DNA of 64,000 nucleotides, from assembly GCF_001194135.2 (NCBI RefSeq), contig NC_068989.1, positions 417,824-481,823 of the forward strand, read 5' to 3'. The position numbers and the translations under genes are program-made. The notes below the pieces were generated by a model, which worked only from the letters and a program-made list of their open reading frames with translations, did not search any database and was not told the DNA's origin. The stretch is from Octopus bimaculoides. Lineage: Eukaryota. How positions within the stretch are numbered: position 1 is the stretch's first letter; each line of letters starts with the position of its first letter. Shown one piece after another: positions 1 through 12,763 of the stretch.

Positions 1-273
1 ACAATAATGAAAATAATGTCTTACACTAGCACAAGATATGAGATATGGAGGGGAGGAGGAGGGGGTAGAGTTTAATTATTAGCTCTGTTACTAGCCCCAG
101 GGAAATAAGGGGTAATGTTAACAGAATTTGAACCTACAATGTAGAAGGATGAACCTGTAGAGGCAAGTGCTTGATATTATTGCAAGGGAACTATATATAC
201 TGTAATGAAAGGGAAGTGTTGTTAAGAAAAAAGTTTATTAAAAAAAACAACATTTAGATTTAAATGAAATTAC

Positions 274-455
274 CTGAGATGGCTGTTAGTTAGTGAATCT
301 GGATCTCTGGAATATGATCCATCAAGAACAATTTTTTTTGATGTACGCGATACATATCGCCTGATACCACCTACAATGATGCCGTGGAGAGGGGACGGTA
401 TAACAGTGAGACCCATCCTTACTTTGGTGTACACAATCGTTCCATCAATTTTCAC
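274..455 (-). CDS. PKD1-like exon 16, REJ (VKIDGTIVYTK...SPLHGIIVGG...VLDGSYSRDPDSLTNSHL)
   Basis: ttttattgaaag acceptor, AG|gtaatt donor, 182 nt, phase 0-2; LDGSxSxDPD REJ hallmark. Confidence 0.95.
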
Positions 456-1961
456 CTTTCAATAAAAAAAAGTATAAAATATACATTAACACAAGTTTTG
501 CCAACATCATAATCTTTTTTTAAGTTTATCTCAACAGATTTTCTATAGAATTCAGAGCCAACACTGAAGATAACAACATTTTGTACACAAATACATTCAT
601 GTAAACAAGGCGATTGAAAATAGAATAAAATAGGGAACGGGTGTATATGCATATTTCAAAAATTATTGCTCTTTCATCAGTGCCACATTCAACTCATTAA
701 CTCTATCCACAAATGCATTGCTTAAATACCTATTAAATTTAATGGTGTAACACCACTTGATATACCAATTGACATATTAATCACATTTCTGGCAAGTGGT
801 ACGTAAATTTTAATTGTTAGCAAGGACACAGTATTTCATTTTTCAACCATAGTATACTACTGAATATATCAAAGTTTTTTTAAGTGAACATTGTGCCTTA
901 CTCTGTGTTAGCAGTGCATTGTTTTCATGTGCTGACACTGAGCACTGTAGAAAATGTGTAGAGATAAACTTCAAAATAAAAATTATGGTTTCAAAATGAA
1001 ATAGTGTGCCCTTGTCTGGATTCCCTATGACCTTTAACAATACAAGCTGGAAACACTGTATCACATGACTGGAATAGTGACAAAACTATATCCACATGCA
1101 TCTTTAATCTGAGGTAAATAAATTTATTCCTTTGTAAATTCAGACTTTGTAAAGCAATGAAATTTTCTTATCACTGAAGGTTGAATATAATTGTTTTTGA
1201 TTATAGGCTATCAATAATTACCAATGTAATCAAAACATAATTGGTAGAAGCTTGTAGAATAATTTGTTGGTTTGTGGATTAGCTCCCAGGAGTATTCGGT
1301 TGCTTGGCATGTCTGGTTCATTATCATCATCACTGCTAAACATTCACCTTTCATGCTGGCATGGAGCAAATTAGCTTTCTACGTGCAACTACCATTAACA
1401 ATGAATTCATGGTTCCAAACATTGGACTATGTTCTCCAAGATTATTCTTTGCAGCACCTTTCCAAACTCTAATGAGTAATAATACTCAAAGGAATACATT
1501 ACAGTTGCCACAGAGCAAAGCTTTAAATCATAATGTAAAAATACATTTTTATAGCTTTAAAAACGTTTTTTTTTTATTTAATTTTATATATGAAATCAAG
1601 TATGGGTGAAATGGCTTTTGAAGATAAATCGTCTTCATCATTATTTAATGTCCATCATCATGCTGTTGCTGCTGCTGATGATGATCTTCCAAAACCATGA
1701 GCTTTTAGAGTTTTTAAAAAATCTTTTTTGCATGAAAGTGAAGTTTCTTCTGGATGTAGTCAATAAATCACAGTCAAAATAAGTGATTTTAATGATGAAA
1801 GATATAACAGTGAATGAGATGAGAATGAAAGAGAGAGAGAGGATGAGAGAAAGGAAGAGATGGCAAAAGGGTCAAGATTGAATAGAGTAAAGTATTTTTG
1901 AAACAGAAGAGTACGATGTAAAAGTGATTGAAAGTAAGGGATCTAAAATATGATGACTTAC

Positions 1962-2171
1962 CTCTAAATCAACAGAATAATTCCCATATTTAAGAGTCAG
2001 CCTTGGAAGGAAAAGGATTCTCTCTTCAAATACTTCTTTTGCAATATTTTTAGGTTGCACTATTTCACCAGTTGTTTTATTCTTGATTGTCCAAATATAA
2101 CTAATGTCTCTTTTATTGGAACAGTCAACTGACACAACTGGTTCAATATGGACATCTTTGGAACGCTGGAC
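1962..2171 (-). CDS. PKD1-like exon 15, REJ (VQRSKDVHIEPVVSVDCSNKRDISYIWTI...LFLPRLTLKYGNYSVDLE)
   Basis: gttactag acceptor (weak), GAG|gtaagt donor, 210 nt, phase 0-0. Confidence 0.9.
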
Positions 2172-3035
2172 CTAGTAACATCATATTGATAGGGTTTATA
2201 ATTTAAAAAAGAAATTGAAGACAATTATTTTACTTTGTATCTTTTAAAATTGTTCTAAAAGTGCAAATTATATGCCTGGTTAGACTATGTTACTTGAATA
2301 AGTGTATGAGTTATAAAAGACTTCTCATTATTTAAGACAAGAAATTATGAAAGCATTTTAGATTATTTGAAATTAGATATATAGTAACCAAATAAATATT
2401 GTTAGCATTTAAATGAGTTTCACTAACACGTGTCTCTAATATAACCTTGTCAAACTAATCAATATTGTTGATAAGACTATAGTGCCAAACAAAATGATAA
2501 ATGGCTAGTAGTCAAAATAACCTTCAAAATATACCAACAGCTTCACACCATGTAGAAATCATTACACTGCAGGACAATTCAAGATGGCTGATTCATTAAG
2601 TTGTCAGTCTACTAGAAGCAGAACTGATTTACCATTTTAGAACCACACTGTGCCCAAGAGAAATGCCTTGCTACTGCATGTTACCTAATTATACCATGCG
2701 GAGTTACATTATACACTCAAATCTTACCACAGATATTTGGAGAAAGACAGACACTGCCAAGAGTATTATCATCAAAATCAAGCCAAGATATTGTATTGAT
2801 TTAAACAAGGAGTCAATCAATCAATATTGAACAGTTGAGAGATATATCTTAATAGAATTGTTGTGTTAATGATCACAAGAGAAGATACAATGAAATACAA
2901 AGTTAGTTCAAAGGCCAATTAATTCTAAAAAAATAATTTATAATGAAAGAGAAAATAGGAATATGTGCCAGTTGTACAAGAACTCCCCATAGAGATCAGA
3001 GATGGATGCCTTTACATGGTTAAAAAGACACTTAC

Positions 3036-3168
3036 TATCTGATTGTTGGATCCAAGGATATTAACTTCTGGTGGTTTGCAAGGATATTCCAGTACAAACA
3101 ACTTTTTGGTGTCAACACTTTTGCTGATTTCATTAAACACTGTCAAAATCACATCATACACACCAGTT
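3036..3168 (-). CDS. PKD1-like exon 14 (TGVYDVILTVFNEISKSVDTKKLFVLEYPCKPPEVNILGSNNQI): end of the last PKD repeat and start of REJ
   Basis: ttgttcttcag acceptor, ATA|gtaagt donor, 133 nt, phase 2-0; not in the ORF track. Confidence 0.93.
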
Positions 3169-3296
3169 CTGAAGAACAACAATAAAAAGAGAGACTAATT
3201 TATAACTCAACAAATTCACTGAAAGTTATATATAATCCAACTGCAATACTGTAAATAATATGGAATAAATATCTTAATCCCTATCAAACTAATCTA

Positions 3297-3725
3297 CAGG
3301 GTGTGATGGGTAAATTGTTGCCATTTCATACTTTTAATTTCGTGCATGTGCATTGTTTCTTTGGCTGCACAGTATGGTAGGTTCAGTTGGGCACCGTCTG
3401 TGAGAAAAACAGCCCCATGATGCAATTCACCCTGCCAGAAATTTGGAAACAACATGCTGTACTGCTTGGCATTCATGCCAGAAGTGATAAAAATCGAACC
3501 GAGAATGATAAAAATCAAACGTCCAGTCAACATCATGGTGTCTGGAGTGACCACTAGTGATGGCAATGTTATGCCTCCATTCATCTTCCTACATGGCCTC
3601 AGATTCAACACGGAAGCCTACATCAAGTGTGTGGAGGAGGTAATGCTGCCCTGGGTCGAAAGGGTGGCTACTGGAAGACCCTGTGTCTGGCAACAGGACT
3701 CTGCACCATGCCATACCATTTTGTA
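3297..3725 (+). mobile_element. Internally deleted Tc1/mariner-superfamily transposon relic (maT/DD37D-like)
   Basis: Begins TA|CAGGGTGTGATGGGTAAATTG (TIR-like). Encodes IMVSGVTTSDGNVMPPFIF...WQQDSAPCHT from the DDD domain. Confidence 0.8.
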
Positions 3726-4518
3726 GTTTTTGACTAAAATCATTGATGTTCTACAACTTCTGTTACATTGAACAAGAAAGCTGCACAACCATCTCCCCAT
3801 AATCCAATTCATAAACTTGCTTTTCCTCTTCTCTTTATTATCTGTACATCAACTCTTAAACACTTTTCTCAACCCTCCCTCCCCATACTGCTCCTGTCTG
3901 GAATGATCTTTCTACCCACCTTTCCTTTTATTTATTGTTTTTATATTTTCACTTTTTTTTTCTTATCCTATGGAAATCAATCTGGAGAAGTTCAAGGAGG
4001 TTAACTGTATTGACCTCACCAGTCTGGAAGGGTGGACCTTGCAAAGGACAGAGCTGTTACTCTTCTTCCTCAAAATACTTGAAAAATTCAATCCAATAAC
4101 AGGTCAGCACAGCACAATGAAGCTTATATCTCATCAGAAAACTAGTTTATAATTTTATTAGATTTGTATATAGCCTTTCAGAGTAGTTTGATAGTGTTAA
4201 CGATTTCTATGACAAGCAAAACACGACAATTATACTGAAGGATGAAATTTCTCATTAACTCTTGAATTTTAAATTTCTATTGTCGGTTTTGACCCTGTAT
4301 TCTAAGATTGGTTGATGAGCAGAGCAAAAGCATGTTTGTAAAATTACTTTTTCTTAATCAGTTATTGATTCTTCCACAAGTTTGGAATGTCTTATTCATT
4401 TGACATTGATCTGTTTATCATCAATCTACACCAAACCCAACAGAGTATCTCAGACAAATCCAGACAATTTATCCCACATAATAATACATTTAAAAAATCA
4501 AAATAAGATATACTAAAC

Positions 4519-4758
4519 CTGTTGAATTTATGATAGACTGTTTTCTCAGTTTCCTCAGGTGTGCCATCACCAAAGTTCCATCGGAAATTTAAATCAGATC
4601 CCGAGTAGTAGTACGATGAAAACTTAATCAAAGAGTTCACAATTACTTCACCAGACATGGTTATTTCTAATGATGATATTTTAGAGAATATTTGAACTTC
4701 GAGAGGTTCTGATATTGCATGGCTAAAGGCATTAACTGCTGTTGCTGTCACAGTGTAT
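4519..4758 (-). CDS. PKD1-like exon 13 (YTVTATAVNAFS...GSDLNFRWNFGDGTPEETEKTVYHKFN)
   Basis: tattttcacag acceptor, AG|gtttag donor, 240 nt, phase 2-2; canonical WNFGDG. Confidence 0.95.
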
Positions 4759-5904
4759 CTGTGAAAATAATAATTGAACAAATAACAAGAAAATTCAGCC
4801 AATTATGTAAAATTGATTCAAAACTGAAAGAAGTGGTTTAAAATTTTTGTAACGAATATGTTAGTATCGTTTACACTGTTCCCCCCAAACACGTTTCTAA
4901 TTGACAAGCAAACTTTTACTCATTAATACAAATAACAAATTCCATCTGTCTCTTTAACCTTTATTATAGTGGTCTTTCCTTGCCTAAACTAACATTCAAC
5001 TTCCCCTGTTCAAACCAGCTGAATATAGTCACCCTCTCCCTCTCATCATTTCTTTAGTATCTCCATTCCTAAATCATGTATGGAACACCTTTCCTAATCT
5101 TCTTCTCAACCCCCAGAAAATCTCACTATATTTCCTCCATAAACATCACTACATCCCACTACATCCATCTCACTATCCACTCTTCCCTACCCCTACACCA
5201 TATCATCTACTCAACACGTGTTCTTCCTTCATTACATTCACCCCCACCACCAATCCTCACACTCTTGTAATCACTTAGTCACCCATATTAGCAATCCTTC
5301 TATCCCCACCCACCTCTATTTCCTTGTACCCTAAGGGTCCACCCCAATACCTTACCACTTCTTTTTTTTTTACTCTCCATTCCACCCCAAAACACCTCCA
5401 CCCTCTTTCCTATAATGTGTTCTGCTCTGGCCCTTTTCTTATATTTAACTCCTCATCCGTTAGCAAGGGGTTCATAGTCTTTCAAACTACATGAAAATGT
5501 TGCTAGTGTTGGTAGCAAGAAAAGAAAAAAAAACAGCAATTAGTTCATGATGTAAAGTGGTTAGCATTAGGAAGGCCTTCAAACATTGGATGGTGAGGCA
5601 ATCCTTGGAATCAAAGGATCCTGTCAAACCATCCAAGGAAGCAAGGAAGACGATGATAAAAGTTGAAGTTAGGAAACTGAACTGACCTTATGCTAAACAA
5701 TGAAAACAACAACTTGGAGTTTAATCAGTGTTGTATGAGGTTTTGCATGCAATTCTCTGCCATAGAAATATAATATTAAATATCTTGCATTAGGAAATGT
5801 TGCATTCATCACTCCACTTATTTCGATAAGAATATAATTTGATCTCTCAAGTCCAATTTTTCACTCCACTCAAGAAGACCTGCCCACAACAAAGCTGATA
5901 TCCT

Positions 5905-6137
5905 AAAACCAAAGTACCACATAAAAAGCACTGGTGATGATGCTGTGAAAAAAGCATCCAGTACACTCTGTAAAGTGGTTGGCATGTTAGGAAGGGCATC
6001 CAGCTGCAGAAACCAAGCCAAAACAGACAATGGAACCTGCTGCAGCCCCTTGCCTTGTCAGTTCCTGTCAAGCCATCCAACCCATACCAGCATGGAAGGA
6101 GGACGTTAAATGATGATGATGGTGGTGGTAACGATGA
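5905..6137 (+). mobile_element. RTE 3' tail copy
   Basis: tacactctgtaaagtggttggc...ccatccaacccataccagcatgg...gttaaa(tga)n. Confidence 0.75.
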
Positions 6138-6988
6138 AGAGGAAAGGGCAAAGATCTTGAAGTACATGTACATTAAATTTGTCTTTTATTGTCCTGAAAC
6201 CTTTCGACAGAGTTTCCAATAATGCCATTATTAATTTTCTACCTCATAGAAGTAGTTTCAGCTTCATAAGTGCAGATGCATTATTGTGTAACAATATTGT
6301 GAAAATGTAGACGTTTCAAGATGTGAAATATCGTTCTATGGATAAGTCTCAAAATGGATACATCTCTAGCAACATGTAATAATACATTGGGCTAAAAAGA
6401 CCTTACATGGTCAAGAGGTCAAAAGTTAATTGTATAATTCAACTTTACAAGCAACAGGTTTCACACTGTTTTTTTTTTTTTAATTTATTTTTCTAAATAA
6501 TTTACTCTTTTGATAATTTTATGCTTTCCACCAAAGAAAAAGTAAATTCATCTTGAAATTTTGGCTGAATGCTGTGTTGGTGTATGTTTTCAAACTGAAA
6601 TACTGAAAATATTGGATATTTCAAGCTCATGAAAAGTCTGAAACTAGTATGAATATAACTAATAGGTTTTTAGAATAATTTATATTTAGTATCCATTCAC
6701 ATAATTAGAGCAGTTACTACACATGATAATTGTTATTGACATAGCTTAAATAACCATTATTGATGTTAGCCTAAGAAACATTAGCTGTTGACAAGCAGTC
6801 AACAGTAAAAATAGTTACAAGGGTTGACAACAGATGTATTATTACCAAATAATAAATATTATAGTTAATTAGACAACTGATTTGTTTGAAGAAATGTCAA
6901 TTTCATTTTAATCATCAAACATTGAGGATATTCTTTCATTATCACAAATTAAATAAGAAAATCTCTGATTTGAATAGCGTACACTCAC

Positions 6989-7175
6989 CGACCACTTTGA
7001 CGATAAACAGTTTTACATGAAGCATCGTATGTCAATACATTGTCGTTCTTGTTACCTAAATCCCATTTCATGTATTTTAAAGTATGCCTGAAACTTGGGA
7101 CAAGAATTGCTTCAAGCCACATCGGCTCCAGGACAGCTCCCTTTTTGATGGAACCATTGTTCTTGAGATGAACAC
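6989..7175 (-). CDS. PKD1-like exon 12 (VHLKNNGSIKK...YMKWDLGNKND...VYRQSG)
   Basis: aaattgcag acceptor, CG|gtgagt donor, 187 nt, phase 1-2; WDLG motif. Confidence 0.92.
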
Positions 7176-7225
7176 CTGCAATTTTAGCAAATAATGAAAA
7201 GGTACTAATCAAATTTACAAATACA

Positions 7226-7264
<39 letters not shown>

Positions 7265-7494
7265 CACGAAATGAAAACTTCTTATGATGGCATGAAATTG
7301 TAACATTACCACTAACTAATGAAATATGTAAAGAAAAACCTAGAATAATTTTGTTTTATTGCGACAAGAGAGAGATCTGCCACTAACTCTTTCAATCAAC
7401 AGTCCAGTGATTGTGTGTAAAGAGACTTGCTGAAGCACTTGAAATAATAGAAATAAAAAAGTTTATAGAGTTGTTAGTTTTGTTTGAGCCTTAC

Positions 7495-7614
7495 TTGAAA
7501 TCTTATTCCATCCGTATACCTCCATCGATGTAAAGATTGTGCAGCCTTTGTTTTTGGCATGAAGGCTTACAGATTTCCTGCCAGCTGTCAGATAGCGATG
7601 ACTCACAATCAATC
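7495..7614 (-). CDS. PKD1-like exon 11 (LIVSHRYLTAGRKSVSLHAKNKGCTIFTSMEVYGWNKIS)
   Basis: tttcttatccag acceptor, A|gtaagg donor, 120 nt, phase 1-1. SHRY..AG motif completes the PKD repeat; the ORF track shows a different frame. Confidence 0.9.
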
Positions 7615-7620
7615 CTGGAT

Positions 7621-7674
7621 AAGAAACGGAAAATATAAAGACAGGGAAAATATAAAGAAACGGAAAATATAAAG
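7621..7674. repeat. 17-bp tandem repeat x3 abutting the exon 11 acceptor
   Basis: aaga(a/c)a(c/g)ggaaaatata x3. Confidence 0.9.
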
Positions 7675-8304
7675 CTGTTACTGTGTAATGAGATAAACAA
7701 TGAGAAACACCATTATTTCAGCTGACATTTCCAAACTTGAGCCTTCAGAGATGACTATATCATGGATATTAATAGACAAGTTGCAAGAACTCTGTGTTTG
7801 CTAATACAAAATAGCTCTATAGGATGATGTTACAGGTTCAAATATTGTTTGAGATCACATGTCAGCAAACCAAAATCCTTTGATAATGGCTTCTGAGAAG
7901 TAAGCGTTCTCTTTGTGAGAAGCAAATTGATCTTTCAGCAATTTAAGTCGCAGTTTTCCAGTCATTTCGGTGAACTTTCAAACACAGATTTGGGAAAGAG
8001 AGATGGGGTACAAAATTTACATAAGCAGTGATTTGTAAAGGTTTACATGAAAACTTGTTCTCTCAGACTATATACTACACTACACCTTAGATAAAAGGAT
8101 ATAGAAAATGCAAGATTATATGTGTAATTTATGCAATACTCTACCCGACATTACCATATAAGGCTACACTAAGAGACTAATGGAAGAGCATTAAGAATCC
8201 TCCCAGATTTTTCTTCAGGGGCAATCTACATTGTAGCTCCCAGGGACAAAATGACAATATTCCTTTCAAAGAAAAAATTGCATCACAGTTTCTCTTAAAT
8301 TTAA

Positions 8305-8362
8305 TTGACATAGATTCTTGACATAGATTGACATAGATTGACATAATTGACATAGATTCTTG
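8305..8362. repeat. TTGACATAGA decamer array (about 5 imperfect units)
   Basis: Direct reading. Confidence 0.9.
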
Positions 8363-8369
8363 AAAGAAA

Positions 8370-8892
8370 TGAAGCGAGTATGCTGTATGGGATGTGCAAT
8401 GCCAGTGTGCATGTACGACAGAACATGTGAGAATATATAGAAGCGCTGATCTTGGAGGGAACCTATGGAAGAGGCAGACCCAGGAGGATGTGGGATGAGG
8501 TGGTGAAATATGAACTCCAGATGTTGAGTTTCATGGGGATGATGACAAATGACCAAGACTTATGACAATTTGCTGTGCTTGAGAAGATACATCAAGCTAA
8601 GTGAAATTTGTAGCCAGTGCTGGTGACATGTAAAAGGCACCCATGCCAGTGGCATGCATATGGCACCCATGTTGGAGACACATAAATGGTAACTGTGCCA
8701 GTGACATGTTCAAGGCACCAGGTACACTCTGTGGGAAGGTTGGCATTAGAAAGGGCATCAAGCCCAAGTCAAAACATACTGGAGGCTGGCGCAGCTCTCC
8801 AGCTTACCGGTTCTAGTCAAACCATCTAACACATGCCAGCCTGGAAAACAGATGCTAAACAATGATGATGACAATGGTGATGATGATGATCA
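8370..8892 (+). mobile_element. 5'-truncated RTE LINE: ORF C-terminus, 3' UTR and (GAT)n tail
   Basis: GRGRPRRMWDEVVKYEL...DQDL..FAVLEK, then the UTR shared with the many short copies in the window. Confidence 0.85.
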
Positions 8893-9090
8893 TATATGTT
8901 GCAGCTTTTCATTCATAACAATCATCTCTAGAAGACTCAAATTTTAAACATTGCTCATTCAAATTAACAAAGGAACTAGGAATTCTGTTCCCATAAATGT
9001 TTCACTTGTCAAATATATTTCAGTCAGGCAGTTGTAAAGTCTCAACAGGTCCTCAATATAATTCACAATGCAAAAAGAAGCTATTTTTAC

Positions 9091-9318
9091 CTGCATTTAT
9101 TAGTTCCGTTTGGTCTCCTAAGTTCCAGTCAAAGGTAACATTTGTGCCTGATTCCAGAAAACCTTGGAAGGTGATGTTGTTACCCAACAGATAACTAGTA
9201 TTAGTGTTTTTAATCGTGAGATTTTTAGGTGGATACTGAACATAAAACAATTCTGCCATGCTTACTGTTACATTTCCCAGAGGATTTCTGGCCGTTAGCT
9301 TGATGGAATAGATTCCCT
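9091..9318 (-). CDS. PKD1-like exon 10 (GIYSIKLTARNPLG...GTNVTFDWNLGDQTELINA)
   Basis: tttctttcag acceptor, G|gtaaaa donor, 228 nt, phase 1-1. Confidence 0.95.
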
Positions 9319-9477
9319 CTGAAAGAAACATTAAAAAATTACGAGGAAAGAGAGTTATTTCAAAAGTAAATTGTATTAACATCATTAATACATGGTGCAT
9401 TAAAACAGCAGCTAGAAATAAATAAATTTACAGAAGAAAAACAATAGGAGTCAATAACTGATATTATTGTTCATTAA

Positions 9478-9673
9478 GGCAACGAGCTGCCAGAATCAGA
9501 GGAATGCTGAGCAAAATGATTAGCAGCATTTTAACCCTCTTTACGTTTTGAGTCCAGATCAACTTTGCCTTTCATCTTTTCAGGTTCAAGAATATAAGTA
9601 TCAGTTGAGCCTTGGGGGTCGATGTTATTGACTTAACCCCGAAATGGCTGGCCTTGTGCCAAAATCTGAAACC
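9478..9673 (+). mobile_element. tRNA-derived SINE family A
   Basis: ggcaacgagctgccagaa...ctttgcctttcatc...ggccttgtgccaaaatctgaaac. Confidence 0.75.
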
Positions 9674-9857
9674 GATACTATTGTTTGTACTTTTAGCCAG
9701 TAAGGGGAAACAACTTTAGACATATTTTAGTCCTATTCTGAGCTCAACAGTGTAGCAGAGGCTTCATCATACTTTACAAAGCAGGGAGAAAAGAATCTCT
9801 AAGCAAGTATACAAGCTTTCTCATTTGTTAGGGAAGGAAAATACATTTGTCTTTTGT

Positions 9858-10075
9858 CTTTTACTTGTTTCGGTCATTAGACTGTGGCCATGCTGGGGCA
9901 CTGCCTTGAAGAAGTTTAGTTGGACAAATCAACCCAAGTACTTATTCTTTTAAAGTGTGGTACTTATTCTATTGTTTCTTTTGCTGAACCGCTAAGATAC
10001 AGGGACATAAACACACAAACACCAATTGTCAAGAAGTGGTGGACAAGGACAAACACACACATATACAGGGTACGT
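9858..10075 (-). mobile_element. SINE family B 3' half
   Basis: Matches 29560-29790 (ttacttgtttc..gtcattagactgtggccatgctgggg). Confidence 0.8.
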
Positions 10076-10926
10076 AAGGTATTTGAGGACATACATTTTT
10101 GGGGTCATGGCTGCATTTATATAATCTTTGATTCAGAAAATAATAATGGCAGACCCATTAGTAATGGTTTCTTTCTTCAACATAATGTCACAAATTTGAA
10201 GGGGAGAAGCATTATTGTCAATTAAATCACTGACATTATACTTGTTTTATGTTTATTGCTTATTTTATGAATAGAAGACAAAATAACCAGGGACGTGCCG
10301 CCTAGGTAGGCAAGGTAGACAGTGCCTACTTTGAATAAAATATAGCGAGAGCAACATTTTCCTTTCATGGCAATTACGAAGGTTACTCTGATTACTCTGC
10401 ATAAAATGCAAAATATTTTATTCTGTTGTAGATTAGGCAGGCATAATTTGCCCCGACATTTCAATCTCAGTATTAAAGCTATGCATAGGACTCCTGTAGT
10501 ACACGTGCTGCATACATTCCAACAACACCATTTTCTTTACGTGCTACAAAGGCAGAAGTAAATCTGCCTCCAACTCAGTCGCACACATGCATTTCGCTTA
10601 TTTCTTGTGCATTTTACGAACTGCCTACCCAGAGTAATTACAGACTGCACATGCTTGAAAATAATGCAAGGTATTTAAACACATTGCATTGCTTCATTCA
10701 TAGAATTATTTCAAAGAAGATAGAGGAGTTAAAATCATAGCAGAAATGTTGAATGAAACCCTAACCGTTTAGTGAGTAAGCTGATATACTTTGACATTTA
10801 AGAATGAAAACAACTCGTGTAAATATATCAATCTTGAAGTATCTCAACAATATTCTTTTTATCAACTTGGTAACTCTCAAAACACTTAAATTTTTAGAAA
10901 TATAACTGAACAACAAAAGTCCTTAC

Positions 10927-11054
10927 CTTTAGCAAATTTTTTGTATGATACAGCATTTTGAACATTGTCAGTGAAGCTGTTAAGAACATCAACAATGTCA
11001 ACATCTTCACCATCACCATAATCAAAGAGAAATGTAACATTTGAACCTGTGCAG
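10927..11054 (-). CDS. PKD1-like exon 9 (CTGSNVTFLFDYGDGEDVDIVDV...YKKFAK)
   Basis: tttattttatag acceptor, G|gtaagg donor, 128 nt, phase 2-1; GSNVTFLFDYGDG motif; not in the ORF track. Confidence 0.93.
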
Positions 11055-11950
11055 CTATAAAATAAAGATGGAAAATTAGTAAAAAAAAAAGGGTGAATAA
11101 AAGAGAAAAGGAAAAAAAAATTGTGAAATTATGACAACTATGTAACTTTCAGTTCATTCCTACTGAATTGCACCTTACCAAACCCTTGTGAGTGGATTTG
11201 ATAGACAGAAGCAAAAGAATCCTATCATATCTGTCTGTCTGTCTGTCTGATATGTATGTCATTATCCAGTTTCTCTCCTCTATCCCAAATCATTATATCA
11301 GGTAGTTGTGTTTACATTTTATTCAGGTTTTCACTGGGACATTCCACCAATACACCTTTTTATTATGAGTGGTTATGGCTTCTACCATACTGTGGGTTCT
11401 TATTTCTTTGTCTTTGGGGTTATCCTTCTGACGGATTTCATTATATAGTGTCCTAGCTACAAGATCATGTCTCATTGGTAGATAATACTGTGATATTTAT
11501 GGACAACTGCTTATGATGTGGGTGATATCTTCAGTCTTAACTCCACAAAGTTTGCATCAGTTGTGACATTTTACTGCTTTTCCTGCAATTCTGTGCCTTT
11601 TGTGCATCAGGTGCACAATGAAATGCAGCTAATAAGTTTAGGTAATATTTTTCAATCAACAGTCAACATCTGGGTGGAGACACTACCTACAAGATCAGAA
11701 TTGACTTGTAGATAGTGTTTCCATCCAGAATTGACTTGAACACAACCCAACATCTTATGAATAGAATAGAATTGGATATGAATAAGTTACAAATTTGAGA
11801 CAGAAACCAGCAATCATTTGAAGCAATGACTGTGTTTGATCACTCACAATACGATTACACTAAAACATACCAGACTCCAGAAACACTTCCATTATTGCAA
11901 GAGTGCCAAGTTTTTTGACAACCATGATGACATAGTAAAAGAAAACTTAC

Positions 11951-12187
11951 TTTGCTTGAAATGCAATTTCCGAAGTTGTCTGAACAGGATGCTGAGTCAA
12001 TGGTGCACCATATCTCCCCAATAGAGGAAAGATGACAACATTGGTAATCTTTTGAACAGGAGCAAATTTAAATGGTAGCATTATCTCTTCTTTCGATATC
12101 ATCCAAGGATTGACCATTGACACCGATATTTCATACTCTTGACCTGCTGTAAGGAATCTGAATACTGCTGTGCTACTTCGATTGTCA
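11951..12187 (-). CDS. PKD1-like exon 8 (DNRSSTAVFRFLTAGQEYEISVSMVNPW...EIAFQA)
   Basis: tttctctttag acceptor, AA|gtaagt donor, 237 nt, phase 2-2, stop-free; not in the ORF track. Confidence 0.92.
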
Positions 12188-12763
12188 CTAAAGAGAAATC
12201 CAAAATTAAAAGATTAAATATTAAGGAAACATATTGGATTAAAACAAATCTGAAATATCTGAATTTTTAGTTTTTTTTTTAGTTTAATGTTGTTTATACT
12301 CAAATCAGTCAGTGACTTTCCAAAATTATTGATTTTATTACAACACATCAGATTAAAAGAAATAATTCCTTTGGAATAGTAAGTTTTAAATAAGGTTTGT
12401 TCTGATGCTGATTTACATCAATGTTTTCACGGTAGCATGGATAGGACTTCTATAAAATTCACACATTTCTACAATCTAAAAAAATACCATAGTGATGGGA
12501 TGTTCTGTTAAGACAAAGGAATTATTTAACACTTTTGTAAAATGCATTGGCTTCTTACTTGATCTTATTTATCACAGTGTAATTAATTACAAAATGAATG
12601 TATATATATTATATCTAAACATTGTTGTATGGTAAGCTTCTGTCTGATTGAGGAGAGTTTCTTTTGTCTACTAAAACCTATAGACTAAAATCGAATGTCT
12701 TTCATCTGGAAAGTACTGTTTAATTACATGCAAAGACAAAGCAAATATTATGAATAGCTTTAC

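Noticed and set aside
10290-10660. GC-rich ends (cagggacgtgcc... / ...tgcctaccc...gcacatgcttg) suggesting an old hAT-type MITE
   Set aside because: The right end matches too weakly and no target-site duplication was found
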